The notes under the pieces were generated by a model. It made no database searches and was not told where the DNA came from. It was given only the letters and a program-made list of their open reading frames with translations. A DNA stretch of 64,000 nt from Nitrospirota bacterium (GTDB taxonomy: Bacteria; Nitrospirota; UBA9217): positions 152,090 to 216,089 of the forward strand of contig CAWCKW010000006.1 in the NCBI GenBank assembly GCA_963796285.1, read 5' to 3'. Of this stretch, positions 50,858 through 61,235 are shown in pieces. The translations under genes and the position numbers were made by a program. How positions within the stretch are numbered: position 1 is the first letter of the stretch; each line of letters starts with the position of its first letter.

Positions 50858-52789
50858 ATGAAACGCAAGGTCATCTTCCTCCCCGACAATGTCACTGTCG
50901 ATGTCGACGACAACACGAACCTCTTCAGGGCCGTCAAAGCCTCGGGCGTTTACGTGCTCTCGTCCTGCGGCGGCAAGGGCAACTGCGGCAAGTGCAAGGT
51001 CATCATTAAGGAAGGTACGGTCGAGAGCGGCAAGTCCCGCTCCTTCCTGTCCGCTGAAGAAGCCGAGCGCGGCTACGTGCTCGCCTGCCTGTCTCGCGTC
51101 AAGAGCGACGTGATCGTCGAGATCCCGCAGGAGTCGCGGATGCAGGCAAAGCACAAGATCGCCACCGGCGCGAAGACGGACGAGCTGATAAAGCTCATGC
51201 AGACCGCCGGCGGGTGCCTGGAGTCGCGCATCAAGCGGATCCACCTCGAGCTCAGCCCGCCCACGATCGACGATAACATAGCGGATTACGAGCGGGTCAG
51301 ACGCGAGCTGGACAAGGCGGGCTTCGACGCATCGCATCTCCACCTGAACTACCTGGTGCTGAGCAAGTTGTCGCATGTACTGCGTGAAGACGGCTGGAAC
51401 GTCACGGTCTCGGTCTTCAACGCGGGCGCTTTACTTGAAGTGCTCGACATCTTCCCCGGAGACACCACGAAGACGCGGTACGGCGCGGCCGTGGATATCG
51501 GCACCACCACGGTGGTCGTCTACCTTGTTGACATGACGAACGGCAACATCATCGGCACGGCTTCGACATACAACAGCCAGGTAAAGTGCGGCGACGATGT
51601 GATTACGCGCATCGTGTATGCGACGGAGCGGAACGGGCTCAAAGAGCTCCAGGGCCTGGTCGTGGGCAACATCAATACGATGCTCACCGAGCTGGCTGAA
51701 AAGAACAGGGTGCCTCTGGGCATGATCGACTACATCGTCGTGGCAGGCAATACCACGATGGAGCATTTGTTCTACGGCATCGATCCGCAGCACCTCCGCG
51801 AAGAGCCCTATATCCCGACGGCGACCTTTTTTCCGCTCATCCGCGGCAAGAACGTGGGCCTGCAGGTCGATCCGCAGGCCATTATTTACTCCATGCCGAA
51901 CGTGGCAAGCTACGTGGGAGGCGACATCACCGCCGGCGTGCTCGTATCGCAGATCCACAAGCAGGACTCGGTCTCGCTCTTCATCGATATCGGCACGAAC
52001 GGAGAGATCGTGCTCGGGAACAAGGACTGGCTGGTGACCGCGGCCTGCTCGGCGGGCCCCGCCTTCGAGGGGAGCGGGATCAAGTTCGGCATGCGCGCCA
52101 TGGAAGGGGCCATCGAAGAGGTCGAGATCAATCCGAAAACCTACGAAGTGAACTTCCGCGTGATCGGAGATTCGAAGCCCATCGGCATCTGCGGCTCGGG
52201 CATGATTGACATCCTCGCCGAGATGTATCTGAACGGCGTGATCGACCAGAGGGGAAAGATCCGTGAAGAGATCGGGTCCAAGCGCATCCGCCGCGGGGAG
52301 AGCGGCCTGGAGTTCGTGATCGCCTGGCGCGTAGAGAGCGCCATCAACAAGGAGATCGTGATCACCGAGGTGGACCTGGACAACCTGATCCGCGCCAAGG
52401 CGGCGATCTACGCGGGGTTCGCCACACTGCTTTTGCACATGGATATGCAGTTCGGCGACATCGAGAAGCTGTATATTGCCGGAGGCTTCGGACGCTACAT
52501 CGACGTCGAGCGCGCCATCACTATCGGCATGCTGCCCGACCTGCCCGTGGACAGGTTCCAGTTCCTGGGAAACACCTCCATCATGGGAGCGTACTACGGC
52601 CTCCTGTGCGACCGCCTGCGACACGAAGCGGAAGAGATCGCGAAGAAGATGACCTACATCGAGCTGTCCGTCTCGCGCAGCTTCATGGACGAGTATATGT
52701 CGGCGTTGTTCCTGCCGCACACGAACCTGAACGCCTTCCCGACGGTCAAGAGGGAGTTGGAGGAGAGAACAAAGAAGGGGCAGGGTTGA
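50858..52789 (+). CDS. ASKHA-domain reductive activator of corrinoid proteins (RACo/AcsV-like)
   Basis: CGGKGNCGKC [2Fe-2S] motif, DIGTTT, DIGTNGE, SAGPAFEG, GICGSG, AGGFG. Confidence 0.92.
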   Translation: MKRKVIFLPDNVTVDVDDNTNLFRAVKASGVYVLSSCGGKGNCGKCKVIIKEGTVESGKSRSFLSAEEAERGYVLACLSRVKSDVIVEIPQESRMQAKHKIATGAKTDELIKLMQTAGGCLESRIKRIHLELSPPTIDDNIADYERVRRELDKAGFDASHLHLNYLVLSKLSHVLREDGWNVTVSVFNAGALLEVLDIFPGDTTKTRYGAAVDIGTTTVVVYLVDMTNGNIIGTASTYNSQVKCGDDVITRIVYATERNGLKELQGLVVGNINTMLTELAEKNRVPLGMIDYIVVAGNTTMEHLFYGIDPQHLREEPYIPTATFFPLIRGKNVGLQVDPQAIIYSMPNVASYVGGDITAGVLVSQIHKQDSVSLFIDIGTNGEIVLGNKDWLVTAACSAGPAFEGSGIKFGMRAMEGAIEEVEINPKTYEVNFRVIGDSKPIGICGSGMIDILAEMYLNGVIDQRGKIREEIGSKRIRRGESGLEFVIAWRVESAINKEIVITEVDLDNLIRAKAAIYAGFATLLLHMDMQFGDIEKLYIAGGFGRYIDVERAITIGMLPDLPVDRFQFLGNTSIMGAYYGLLCDRLRHEAEEIAKKMTYIELSVSRSFMDEYMSALFLPHTNLNAFPTVKRELEERTKKGQG

Positions 52790-52836
52790 GATCTCTTCCT
52801 GCGGGATCCCGCAGCACCATCCGCATATCTATTTTC

Positions 52837-54045
52837 CTATGTATTATCCATATCCACTGCCTTATTCAGCATATCGAGAATGCCGGGGACGGCGGACGTC
52901 ACCCGGTTCCAGTTCGGGATAAGCGGCATACCCATGGGGTTTTCCATGAACGCCGATGATGCCTGCGTGATCGCCCGGGTAAAGGCTTCGACTGCTTTTG
53001 CCTCCTCGTGCCGGTCGAATTCCAGGCCGTTGATTGCGGCGTCGGCCTCATACTTCATGATGGTATCCTCGGCGCTCCTCAGATAGGCCACGGAAAGAGA
53101 TTTGAAAAAGCCATCCGAGAACACGACCCCTTCCGAGGCCAGGGTCCTGAAAATGGACTTGCAGATATCAACGGTCATCTTCATCAGGCCCTTGTCCGCG
53201 TCATCCGGCGAGAGCTCCTGATGTTTATGTTCGTAGGTCTCGGCAATATCCACCTGGCAGACCCTGCGCGGAGAATAGTTCCGGTAAACTTCCGCAAGCG
53301 AACCGACTTCCAGCCCCCAGTCCCAGGGGATCCTGTTCACCCGCGCCAATTCCGTCGTCATTGAGAACTCCCCGGAAAGGGGATATCGGAAGCTGTCGAG
53401 AAACATGAGAAACTCGTGTGGTCCGATGAGCTGCTGGATGGACCGGACGAGGGGCGTCATCAGGAGCCGCGTAACCCGGCCGTGCATTTTGGTCGTCACC
53501 CTGCTGTAGAAACCCTTGCAGAACACATAGTCCAGGTTGGGATTTGCCACCGGGTAGCAGAGCCGGGCGAGCATCTCCCTGTTGTAGTTGACGATATCGC
53601 AGTCATGCAGGGCGATGACATCTGACAACCCGCGGGCGAGCACGTAACCGTAGGCCAGCCATGCGGAGCGCCCCTTGCCGCGCTGTCCTACATCCAGCCC
53701 GTTCCGGGCGAGGGTTTCATATATTTCAGTGATCCGTTTGCCGTCATTGTGGATGATCTTGACATCGGTAGAGATCGGCGACATGAACTCCCGCACGCGG
53801 AGAAACTCTTTTTCCGAGGCCTTGTCGAGGACCAGTACGATTTCTTTCAGGTAGTTCACCTTGGCGAGCTCCTTGATGATCCCGGGCATGGCCGGACCCT
53901 CGAACTCGGAATAGAGTGACGGCAGCACCAGGGCGATCGGCCGGGTCTTTGAAAAACCGCGGAGTTCCGCCTCCATGCGCTCGATCGACGGCTTGCCGAG
54001 CTTGTGCAGTGTCGTGATGATCCCTGTCTGGTAAAAATCGGTCAT
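52837..54045 (-). CDS. Glucosyl-3-phosphoglycerate synthase-like glycosyltransferase
   Basis: MTDFYQ.G.ITTLH, GKGRSAW, HDCDI, GRVTRL, YPLSGEF, YEHKHQ. Confidence 0.82.
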   Translation of the reverse strand: MTDFYQTGIITTLHKLGKPSIERMEAELRGFSKTRPIALVLPSLYSEFEGPAMPGIIKELAKVNYLKEIVLVLDKASEKEFLRVREFMSPISTDVKIIHNDGKRITEIYETLARNGLDVGQRGKGRSAWLAYGYVLARGLSDVIALHDCDIVNYNREMLARLCYPVANPNLDYVFCKGFYSRVTTKMHGRVTRLLMTPLVRSIQQLIGPHEFLMFLDSFRYPLSGEFSMTTELARVNRIPWDWGLEVGSLAEVYRNYSPRRVCQVDIAETYEHKHQELSPDDADKGLMKMTVDICKSIFRTLASEGVVFSDGFFKSLSVAYLRSAEDTIMKYEADAAINGLEFDRHEEAKAVEAFTRAITQASSAFMENPMGMPLIPNWNRVTSAVPGILDMLNKAVDMDNT

Positions 54046-54059
54046 GGGCTTTCCTCCGG

Positions 54060-54764
54060 TCAGATATGCTGGATATCATCTTTCGCCTCTTCCGTGCTCT
54101 TTTCCACGGTCTCCCGCTCGATCATCCGTTTTGCCGCGTCGATGCCCCCCACGCCGAAGGAGATGGCGAGGGCCAGCACGATCCCGCCGAAGAGGATCGA
54201 GAAGGTGGCGAGCACGATGCCGGGTGCGACCTGGAGCTGTTCCAGGACCATGGCCAGGACCAGGACCGTCAACAGGAGCCGTATCGCCTCGGCGAGCAGC
54301 TTGGCGTAGTGATATCCGCTGTTCACCGCGGCGATCAGCACCGCCCTGCTGACGAAGCCCGTAAGCAAATAACCGACGAGCAGGATCATGACCGCAGAAA
54401 AAGCACGGGGCAGATACAGGAAGAACTGCGACACGAGGTTGTCGACGGCCTGGATCTTGAGCGCGCTCAGACCCATCATCAGCGCAACGACGATCATGAT
54501 CCAGTACAGGATCGAACCGAGGGCGAGAGAGGGCTTGGCCCACAGGTCGCCCTTGCGCATGAGCGTCGTCATGCCCATCCGGTCGGACCAGCTGTCGAAC
54601 TTGAGTGCTGTCAGGAACCTCACGAGGACCACCCGCAGCACGCGTGCAACGAGGATCCCGATGATCAGAATGACCAGCATGGCCAGCAAGTTGGGCAGGA
54701 ATTGCGTGATCGTGTGAAACACGTCCTTTAATGGTTCGAATATCAGGTTCAGAAAATCCGTCAT
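54060..54764 (-). CDS. TM-helix repeat (MscS-associated/CmpX-like) membrane protein
   Basis: FLPNLLA and YLPRAF repeats, LAISFGVGG. Confidence 0.8.
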   Translation of the reverse strand: MTDFLNLIFEPLKDVFHTITQFLPNLLAMLVILIIGILVARVLRVVLVRFLTALKFDSWSDRMGMTTLMRKGDLWAKPSLALGSILYWIMIVVALMMGLSALKIQAVDNLVSQFFLYLPRAFSAVMILLVGYLLTGFVSRAVLIAAVNSGYHYAKLLAEAIRLLLTVLVLAMVLEQLQVAPGIVLATFSILFGGIVLALAISFGVGGIDAAKRMIERETVEKSTEEAKDDIQHI

Positions 54765-54799
54765 AGGGCACCTCCCGAAGATTATGTTATGTCAAAATT

Positions 54800-54976
54800 A
54801 ACCACAGAGTTCACTGAGGAAGCCTCATATCTCAAAAGGGTTAAAGCTCTTTACCAGCTTCTTTCTCTGAGTCCTCTTGTTAAAGTATTGCAGTTTCCGC
54901 ATTCTTAAGGGCTTTCAACGGTCTTTTTGTTGAAACAGTTGAGAACACAGAGCATTCCTCAGTGTCCTCTGTGGTT
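54800..54976. repeat. REP-like inverted-repeat element
   Basis: AACCACAGAG-TT-CACTGAGGAA / TTCCTCAGTG-TC-CTCTGTGGTT. Confidence 0.75.
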
Positions 54977-55044
54977 TCATGTTCTACCGCTTTTTTTTCA
55001 TGAACGTTTTGACAGTATCTTTCATTAAGATATTGGCACAGTCG

Positions 55045-56310
55045 TCATTTCCAGCTTGCTATCAGGTATTCCTTGCTGTTCTCAAATTCCTGGCAGAGTT
55101 TTTCGATCTCGGCCTCGGCCTCATCCTGACCCATCTGCTCCACCTCAAGGATGAACGATGCGGTCTTTCCAAGGTAGAGGGGCGTCAAGGACTTGATCAG
55201 GTGTTCGACCGGCAATTTCTTGTTGTGATAGGCTATGGCATAGTCGTAAATGACCCGCGTCCAGAGCGCGAGGGGAAAGCGGAACTCCTTGTCCGCCAGC
55301 GTACCGAGCCTTTCCACTTCCCCGAAATCGCCGTTCCCGAGGACATCGAGCCATAGTTCACGAAGGTTTTTGAGGCCCTCCCGGAACAGGTTCAGCATCC
55401 GGCCGGTATTCACATTGACCTGTTCGAGCCCGACCGAGTATTCAAAACCAAAGGCCGTTACCGGTTCAGACCCGCGGATGGGTTTCCAGACGTCCCGGTA
55501 GGTCTCCATGAGCTCGAACGTTGCACCGACCACCTGGTAGAGCATGGCGCTCAGATCGGAGCCGGGGTCCTTGGCATCGTGGATCTTGGCGCCGAGAAAG
55601 GACTGGGTGACCTTGAACTGGTTCGCGATCGCAGTTGTGGTCATCCAGATGTCGATGCCGAACCGCGCAACATCGGTTTGCCAGACATCCTTGGTGAGGT
55701 AAAATTTTGCAAGCTTGCCCGAGAAGCCGAAGTCCCCGCCGATAGGCTGGCGCACCCGCTTTCCATAGAGCGCCCGGGTGAGCGGATAAACAATGCTGTT
55801 CGTGATGGTGCCATCGTACTTATGACGGTGGTACAGGGGGGCGACATAATCGAACCCGTCCTCCAATACGGGCTTCACGAGGAGTTCGATCCATTCGGGC
55901 GTGATGCTCCTGAGGTCGGAATCGACGACAACGCAGGCCTTCGCGTCCAGCGCCCCGGCGATCTCAAAGATAGTGCGAAAGGCGCTTCCCTTGCCAGGAA
56001 GGCCCGAATAGGGGGTCGCGATCTTGAACAAGGGTTCCACCCGATGGTGCAGATGGATTGTGGCAAAATTCTCGATGGACGTGTTCCGCACCACCTCGAG
56101 GGTGCCGTCCGTTGAACCACCATCGGAATTGATCAGCACATTCTTCCGGTCAGGGAAATACTTCGCCAGCCCGGCCTGGACCGCGCGGACCACATGGCCG
56201 ATCGTTCGGGCGTTGTTGAAGCTCGGGATGCCCACGACGATATCGGCCTGCTGTATCCCATCGAGCTGCTCCTGAACTTCTTTTCTGAAGGTAACGGTTT
56301 TCGTTGTCAC
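55045..56310 (-). CDS. GT-A glycosyltransferase, glucosylglycerate synthase-like
   Basis: VGIPSFNN, DGGSTDGT, PGKGSA, DSDL, RHKYDGTITN, QPIGGDF, FGIDIWMT. Confidence 0.8.
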   Translation of the reverse strand: MTTKTVTFRKEVQEQLDGIQQADIVVGIPSFNNARTIGHVVRAVQAGLAKYFPDRKNVLINSDGGSTDGTLEVVRNTSIENFATIHLHHRVEPLFKIATPYSGLPGKGSAFRTIFEIAGALDAKACVVVDSDLRSITPEWIELLVKPVLEDGFDYVAPLYHRHKYDGTITNSIVYPLTRALYGKRVRQPIGGDFGFSGKLAKFYLTKDVWQTDVARFGIDIWMTTTAIANQFKVTQSFLGAKIHDAKDPGSDLSAMLYQVVGATFELMETYRDVWKPIRGSEPVTAFGFEYSVGLEQVNVNTGRMLNLFREGLKNLRELWLDVLGNGDFGEVERLGTLADKEFRFPLALWTRVIYDYAIAYHNKKLPVEHLIKSLTPLYLGKTASFILEVEQMGQDEAEAEIEKLCQEFENSKEYLIASWK

Positions 56311-57686
56311 GATCGTGCTCCCTTGTTTTCCACTTCCTTGTCAGGATCGCCGCGTTTTTCAAGCAGTATGATCTGGAGGTCCATGACGTTCGTTCCCGTG
56401 GGCCCGGTAATGACATGGCTCTTGTTACCTGACAACTCATCGAACCGCTGGAAGAACATGTACGAATCATTATAGTCCAGACATTGGACAGGGTCAATGC
56501 CGAGTGCGCGCGCCCGGGAGACCGTGCTGCCATCAACGATCGCACCCGCTGCATCGGTCGGGCCGTCAGTACCGTCGGTCCCCGCGGACAGAAGGGAAAC
56601 ACCTTCCAGGCCCTCGATCTCCAGAGCAAAGGCAAGGGCAAGCTCCTGGTTCCTGCCGCCCTTTCCGTTTCCCTTTACGGTCACCGTGGTCTCGCCGCCG
56701 GAGAGAAGACATCGCAGTTCTCCGGGTCTCAGGGCGCCGTGCGCGCGAAGCGCTGTCTTTGCAAGAAAACGGGCAGCGTCGCGAGCTTCTCCCTGGAGTT
56801 CCCCGGTAATGATCTCCGGAGCAAAACCGAGTTGCCGGGCCTTCTCGTTGGCCGCGGAAAGGGCCTGGGTGATCCCGCCGATGATCACATTTCTGGTCTT
56901 ATGAAGACACGAATCACCGCTTTTCACGGTCTCAGGCTCCTGCCCTTCCATTCCCCGCTCCAGAAATGACAGAACGCGTATCGGTATTTTCTCCTTTAAT
57001 CCGTATTTCTCGATCACCGCCACTGCATCGTCAAAGGTCGTACTATCCCGGGCGGTCGGGCCCGATGCGATCACATCGAGCCGGTCACCGATGACGTCGG
57101 ACAGGACCATCGTCACGACCTGTGCCGGGCATGCCGCCTTCGCGAACCGCCCTCCCTTGACAGCAGAAAGATGCTTCCGCACGGCATTCAGCTCTCCGAT
57201 GGAAGCACCTGCCTTCAGGAGCAATGAGGTCACCTCCTGTTTATCTTGCAGCGTCAAGCCGTTCATTGGCGCGACGAACAGTGCAGAAGCGCCGCCGGAT
57301 AAGAGACAGATGACGAGGGTCTTCTCATCGGCCGCCCGCACCAGCTCTACTATCCTCTTTGTGCCCTCCACTCCCGCCTCATTGGGAACGGGATGGGAGG
57401 CCTCCACCTGCTTGATGATTTTGAGCGGAGCAGTATGACCCTCCTTCACCACGATGAGCCCTTCGGTGATCCGGCCGCCAAGGGCGCCTTCAATCGCCAA
57501 TGCCATGCGCGCGGTGGCCTTCCCGGCCCCGACCACCAGGATCCGGCTGAAGGCATCAAGTTCGTAGGCTGCCCCGGCAGCATGCAAACAGTTGTGCTCA
57601 ACAGTTATGGCCCGGATCACAGAATGGTAGGGATCAACGGCAGCAAGTGCTGCGTTGAAGATGTCGATAAGGTTGCTATCTTTCAT
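56307..57686 (-). CDS. Glycerate kinase (MOFRL family)
   Basis: GAGKA, SHPVP, SGGASAL, ASGPT, GGETTV, GGRNQE, TGTNVMD. Confidence 0.92.
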   Translation of the reverse strand: MKDSNLIDIFNAALAAVDPYHSVIRAITVEHNCLHAAGAAYELDAFSRILVVGAGKATARMALAIEGALGGRITEGLIVVKEGHTAPLKIIKQVEASHPVPNEAGVEGTKRIVELVRAADEKTLVICLLSGGASALFVAPMNGLTLQDKQEVTSLLLKAGASIGELNAVRKHLSAVKGGRFAKAACPAQVVTMVLSDVIGDRLDVIASGPTARDSTTFDDAVAVIEKYGLKEKIPIRVLSFLERGMEGQEPETVKSGDSCLHKTRNVIIGGITQALSAANEKARQLGFAPEIITGELQGEARDAARFLAKTALRAHGALRPGELRCLLSGGETTVTVKGNGKGGRNQELALAFALEIEGLEGVSLLSAGTDGTDGPTDAAGAIVDGSTVSRARALGIDPVQCLDYNDSYMFFQRFDELSGNKSHVITGPTGTNVMDLQIILLEKRGDPDKEVENKGARS

Positions 57687-57718
57687 ACGGTTATTTCTGA
57701 TTCGATCAGCCCTCCCGA

Positions 57719-58553
57719 TCAATCTATTCCTGCCCTTGTTCCCAGCAGCTTCTGCACGGCCTCGTTCCATCCCGCTGGACCTATTCCTTGAGTGCGATAG
57801 AGTCCAGGGATGTTGATCCTCCGATCGTGAATCCCATCTTCATTCCTGACCAGGACCGGATGATCAACGGCCAGAAGAAAGGGGAGATCGTTCAGACTGT
57901 CGCCGAGTCCCGCGATGATCACGGGACCCATCCCCCGCTCAAAAAGTGCGCGCAGAAGAGTTACTGCCTTGCCCTTGTGATGATTTCCCATAATATGAAA
58001 CACGCGGCCCTGGGTCCACCTGAGGCCCGAGGCTTCGATCGCCTGCAGCAAGCGTTCGTTCGCTGCACCAGGAAATACGAAGGGTTCTTCATATTCCCGC
58101 TGTTTTGCCAGTACTGCGTCGTCGAACGAAAGGCCGGTCAGTGCTGCGATCTCGGCCGGGGTCATATCTCCGAAGCCGGTTACCGGTATCCGCAGCTCAT
58201 CGCGGAGGCGAATGAACTGTTCGCGGACCAAGGCGTAGGGCATGCCGAGGGTGACGACCCGATACCCCTTGCGAGTCTCGCCTTCCACGGGGAACGGGAA
58301 GTAACCTTCGGGGATAAAAATCCCGCCGCCGTTCTCAACGATAAAAGGATGGCGGTTTTCCAGCCTATCCCGCCAGGCCTCCATCTCCGCCCGTGTCTTG
58401 CTGGAGCAGAGGACCAGCGGGATATGATCCTTCTTGATCTGCTCAAGGGCAGGCCCGGCCTCTTCAAAGGAGTAGGTCTTCGAGTCCAGCAGCGTCCCAT
58501 CCAGGTCGGTAACGATTATGATCTGCTGCGGCAGTTGTACTTCTTTTATTCAT
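57719..58553 (-). CDS. HAD-IIB mannosyl/glucosyl-3-phosphoglycerate phosphatase, frameshifts in the 5' part
   Basis: TDLDGTLLD, CSSKTRAE, ENGGGI, GDSLND across frames. Confidence 0.85.
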
Positions 58554-59903
58554 GGTCATTTTTTTTCTTCGTGAGCTTATGGAAGACCTTCAGCATGGCC
58601 TCACTTATGCTCTTCGGCCGCGGCAGGTACTCCACTCTTCCGATGCTCCTCATCTCGGTGCCGTGCGACACGACCAGGGATGATGATTTCGTGAGGGAAA
58701 GCACCTGGCTTGGATAGACGCTCCGGTGGCCTGTCATGAGAAAGCTGATGACACAGGCCACGGCTGCATAGGGTCCGATCGCCGGACCGAACAGCTCAAT
58801 GGCCATGATACTCGCCGATATGGGGGTGTTCGCTGCGCCCGCGACAAGGCTGACCATGCCGATCGCCGCGAATACCGATATATTGAAGCCCAGAACACTG
58901 CCGAAGAGGCTGCCGGCTGTCGCCCCGATAAAAAAAATCGGTGTAATGATCCCGCCGCTGCCGCCGAAGCCGAGCGTAATTGCCGTAAACAGTATTTTCA
59001 GCAGAAAGGCGCCAGCCGGCATCACACCTCCTTCAAGCGCATCCTTGATGGTGTCCAGGCCGAGCCCGAGATAACGGGTCGAGAAGATGAAGGTGAGTAT
59101 GACAAGGACGGAACCACCCAGGAGCCCTTTCAGGGGTTTCCATACGTTCATCCGATGGCTTACGCGCTCGAAGAAGCCCAGCCCCTCTATCAGCAGCAGC
59201 GAGCACAGGCCGAAAAATATGCCGGCACCGCAGACCTTGATGAAGAAAAGGCTGCTGAACACGGGCACAAACTTGAGCGGTTCATGAAAATAGGTGATGC
59301 CGAAGGACGAAGATACCTGAAACGCTACGATGCCTGCCACAAAGGAGGGAAGCAGCACCTCGTACAGCATCCCGCCGACGAAGAGGACCTCCACACCGAA
59401 GATCGCGCCCGCGATCGGCGTCCCGAACACGGTTGCAAAGCCGGCGCTGATGCCGCAGATGACCAGTTTTTTCCGGTCCTTATCATCGAACCGCAGGAGG
59501 TCGGAAAAGGCCGATGAGACGCCTGCTCCGATCTGGGCTGCCGGGCCTTCCTTCCCGGCCGATCCGCCAAGCGCGATCGTAATGACCGTTGCAACCAGCT
59601 TTACCGGGACCACCATCAGCCGGATCTTGCCGGAATGCTTGTGGACTGCCTCAATGATCTTTTCCGTTCCATGCCCCTCTGCATCAGGCGCCAGATACTT
59701 GACGATGAGGGCGCTCAGGAACATGGCCGCCGGAAGCAGCAGATAATAATACCGGTATTCCGAGGCCGCGGAAATGCTAACCCGAGCGCTTTCAAAAAAA
59801 CCGTCGTGGACAGGCCGACGAGGACGCCGGCACAGGATGCGAGGAACAACCACTTCAGGATGCTGATGAACAGCACCGAACTTTCCACTACTCTTCGTCT
59901 CAT
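58546..59903 (-). CDS. ClC family chloride channel/transporter, frameshift near 59790
   Basis: GHGTE, GKEGP, FGTPIAGAIF, GGIITPIF, ANTP. Confidence 0.88.
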
Positions 59904-60071
59904 AATTCACCTCAAGCTATTCCCGCTTCATAGAGCCATCCTATATTGACAGAAATTGCCGGTTTTGACAAGACCCAACGATTCACATCTCACCTATAAG
60001 CAACAAGCCACTTTAAGTGAGAGCACATTGGCCGACAAAATGGGAACTCCGAATGCAAATGCGCTAAAAAG

Positions 60072-60108
60072 AAAAGGTACCGTAGTACGACAAAGACCTA
60101 CGGTACCC
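60072..60108 (-). terminator. Intrinsic terminator for the pal transcript
   Basis: GGTACCGTAG/CTACGGTACC stem with an adjacent A-run on the + strand. Confidence 0.65.
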
Positions 60109-60142
60109 CAAGTGAAACAAGTGCTACATTAGGGAGGATAAT

Positions 60143-60304
60143 CTATTCCCCATCATCCTTTGGAACATAACGCGTAGCGAACAGTATGATGGCGGTACTC
60201 AGGAAAAAGAGCACGACCCCAAAGAGCGGTCTCAGGTAAGTTGCCATATCTTGCAATGCCGAAGCCACTTTCAGGAATGTATCCATTAGCGCTGACATTT
60301 TCAT
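60143..60304 (-). CDS. Unannotated 53-aa single-TM protein
   Basis: MKMSALMDTFLKVASALQDMATYLRPLFGVVLFFLSTAIILFATRYVPKDDGE*; starts 9 nt after the pal stop with a TAAGG RBS. Confidence 0.55.
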   Translation of the reverse strand: MKMSALMDTFLKVASALQDMATYLRPLFGVVLFFLSTAIILFATRYVPKDDGE

Positions 60305-60313
60305 ATGACGACC

Positions 60314-60868
60314 TTACTGTCCTATGGCAACGAAGTCATCCCTTCTGCTCTTCTGCCAGCATTTCTCGGTGTTTTCAGTACATATCGGCTTTTCCTTGCC
60401 GTAGCTGGTGAGTGAAATGCGACTTGCCGAAATACCCATTGCGGTCAGATACTTTTTAGCACTTGCTGCACGCCGTTGGCCGAGGGCCTGGTTGTATTCT
60501 TTTGTGCCGCGCTCGTCGCAATTCCCTTCAATATTGATCTTTGCCTGAGGATGCGCCTTGAGCCACTCCACGTTCATATGCATCGCGTCCTTTGCATCAT
60601 CGCGGATGACGGACTTATTGAAATCAAAATATACGGATTTCATTCCGTCAGTTGTTGCCGTCCCTTTTTCATTCGACCCTTCGGATTTCATCGCAGCAGC
60701 TGATTCGGTGCCGGACATGGAGGATGCCTCAGGAGTAGCAGGCGCTGTTATCGTTTCTTTCTGTGCATCTGATGTTGAACTTAGCTCAGCTTTTTTGGGA
60801 CAACCCCAGAGTGAAAGAAGTCCGACCAGTAAAACGAATGAAAGATATACCATGCCTTTGTGATTCAT
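60314..60868 (-). CDS. pal: Peptidoglycan-associated lipoprotein
   Basis: Lipobox WGC, VYFDF, IEGNCDERG..EYN.ALG.RRA, SYGKEKP. Confidence 0.93.
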   Translation of the reverse strand: MNHKGMVYLSFVLLVGLLSLWGCPKKAELSSTSDAQKETITAPATPEASSMSGTESAAAMKSEGSNEKGTATTDGMKSVYFDFNKSVIRDDAKDAMHMNVEWLKAHPQAKINIEGNCDERGTKEYNQALGQRRAASAKKYLTAMGISASRISLTSYGKEKPICTENTEKCWQKSRRDDFVAIGQ

Positions 60869-60968
60869 ATTTACACTCCTCCTTGATTGTATAATGCTCC
60901 AAGATTATTGTTCTCTGTCGCGTCCGAGACGCGCTATCAGGATCAGACGCAGCGATCGGTTCAGTAGC

Positions 60969-61235
60969 CTATGAAGCTTTGTTCCCGGCGCGTCCAACAA
61001 TGGTATTGTAAAGCCATGCGAATATAGCACCACCGACCAAAGCGTCGAAGAAACCATAAACGAGTCCGACAACACTGCCGATAGGACTGATGTTGTAGCC
61101 ACGGTATAGTCGGCCAATAAGCGTAACTTCGTGCGTGGCCCCATCAAAAGCAATAATCCACCACGTAAGAGCGAATAATCCGAAGCCCCACACTATGCCG
61201 CACGTCAGTGCGAATGCTTTAACGTTCAGTTTCAT
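60969..61235 (-). CDS. Small membrane protein of the family often labelled 'bacteriophage holin'
   Basis: MKLNVKAFAL, YRGY.....GS..G..YGFFD, AWLYN; no phage context. Confidence 0.7.
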   Translation of the reverse strand: MKLNVKAFALTCGIVWGFGLFALTWWIIAFDGATHEVTLIGRLYRGYNISPIGSVVGLVYGFFDALVGGAIFAWLYNTIVGRAGNKAS

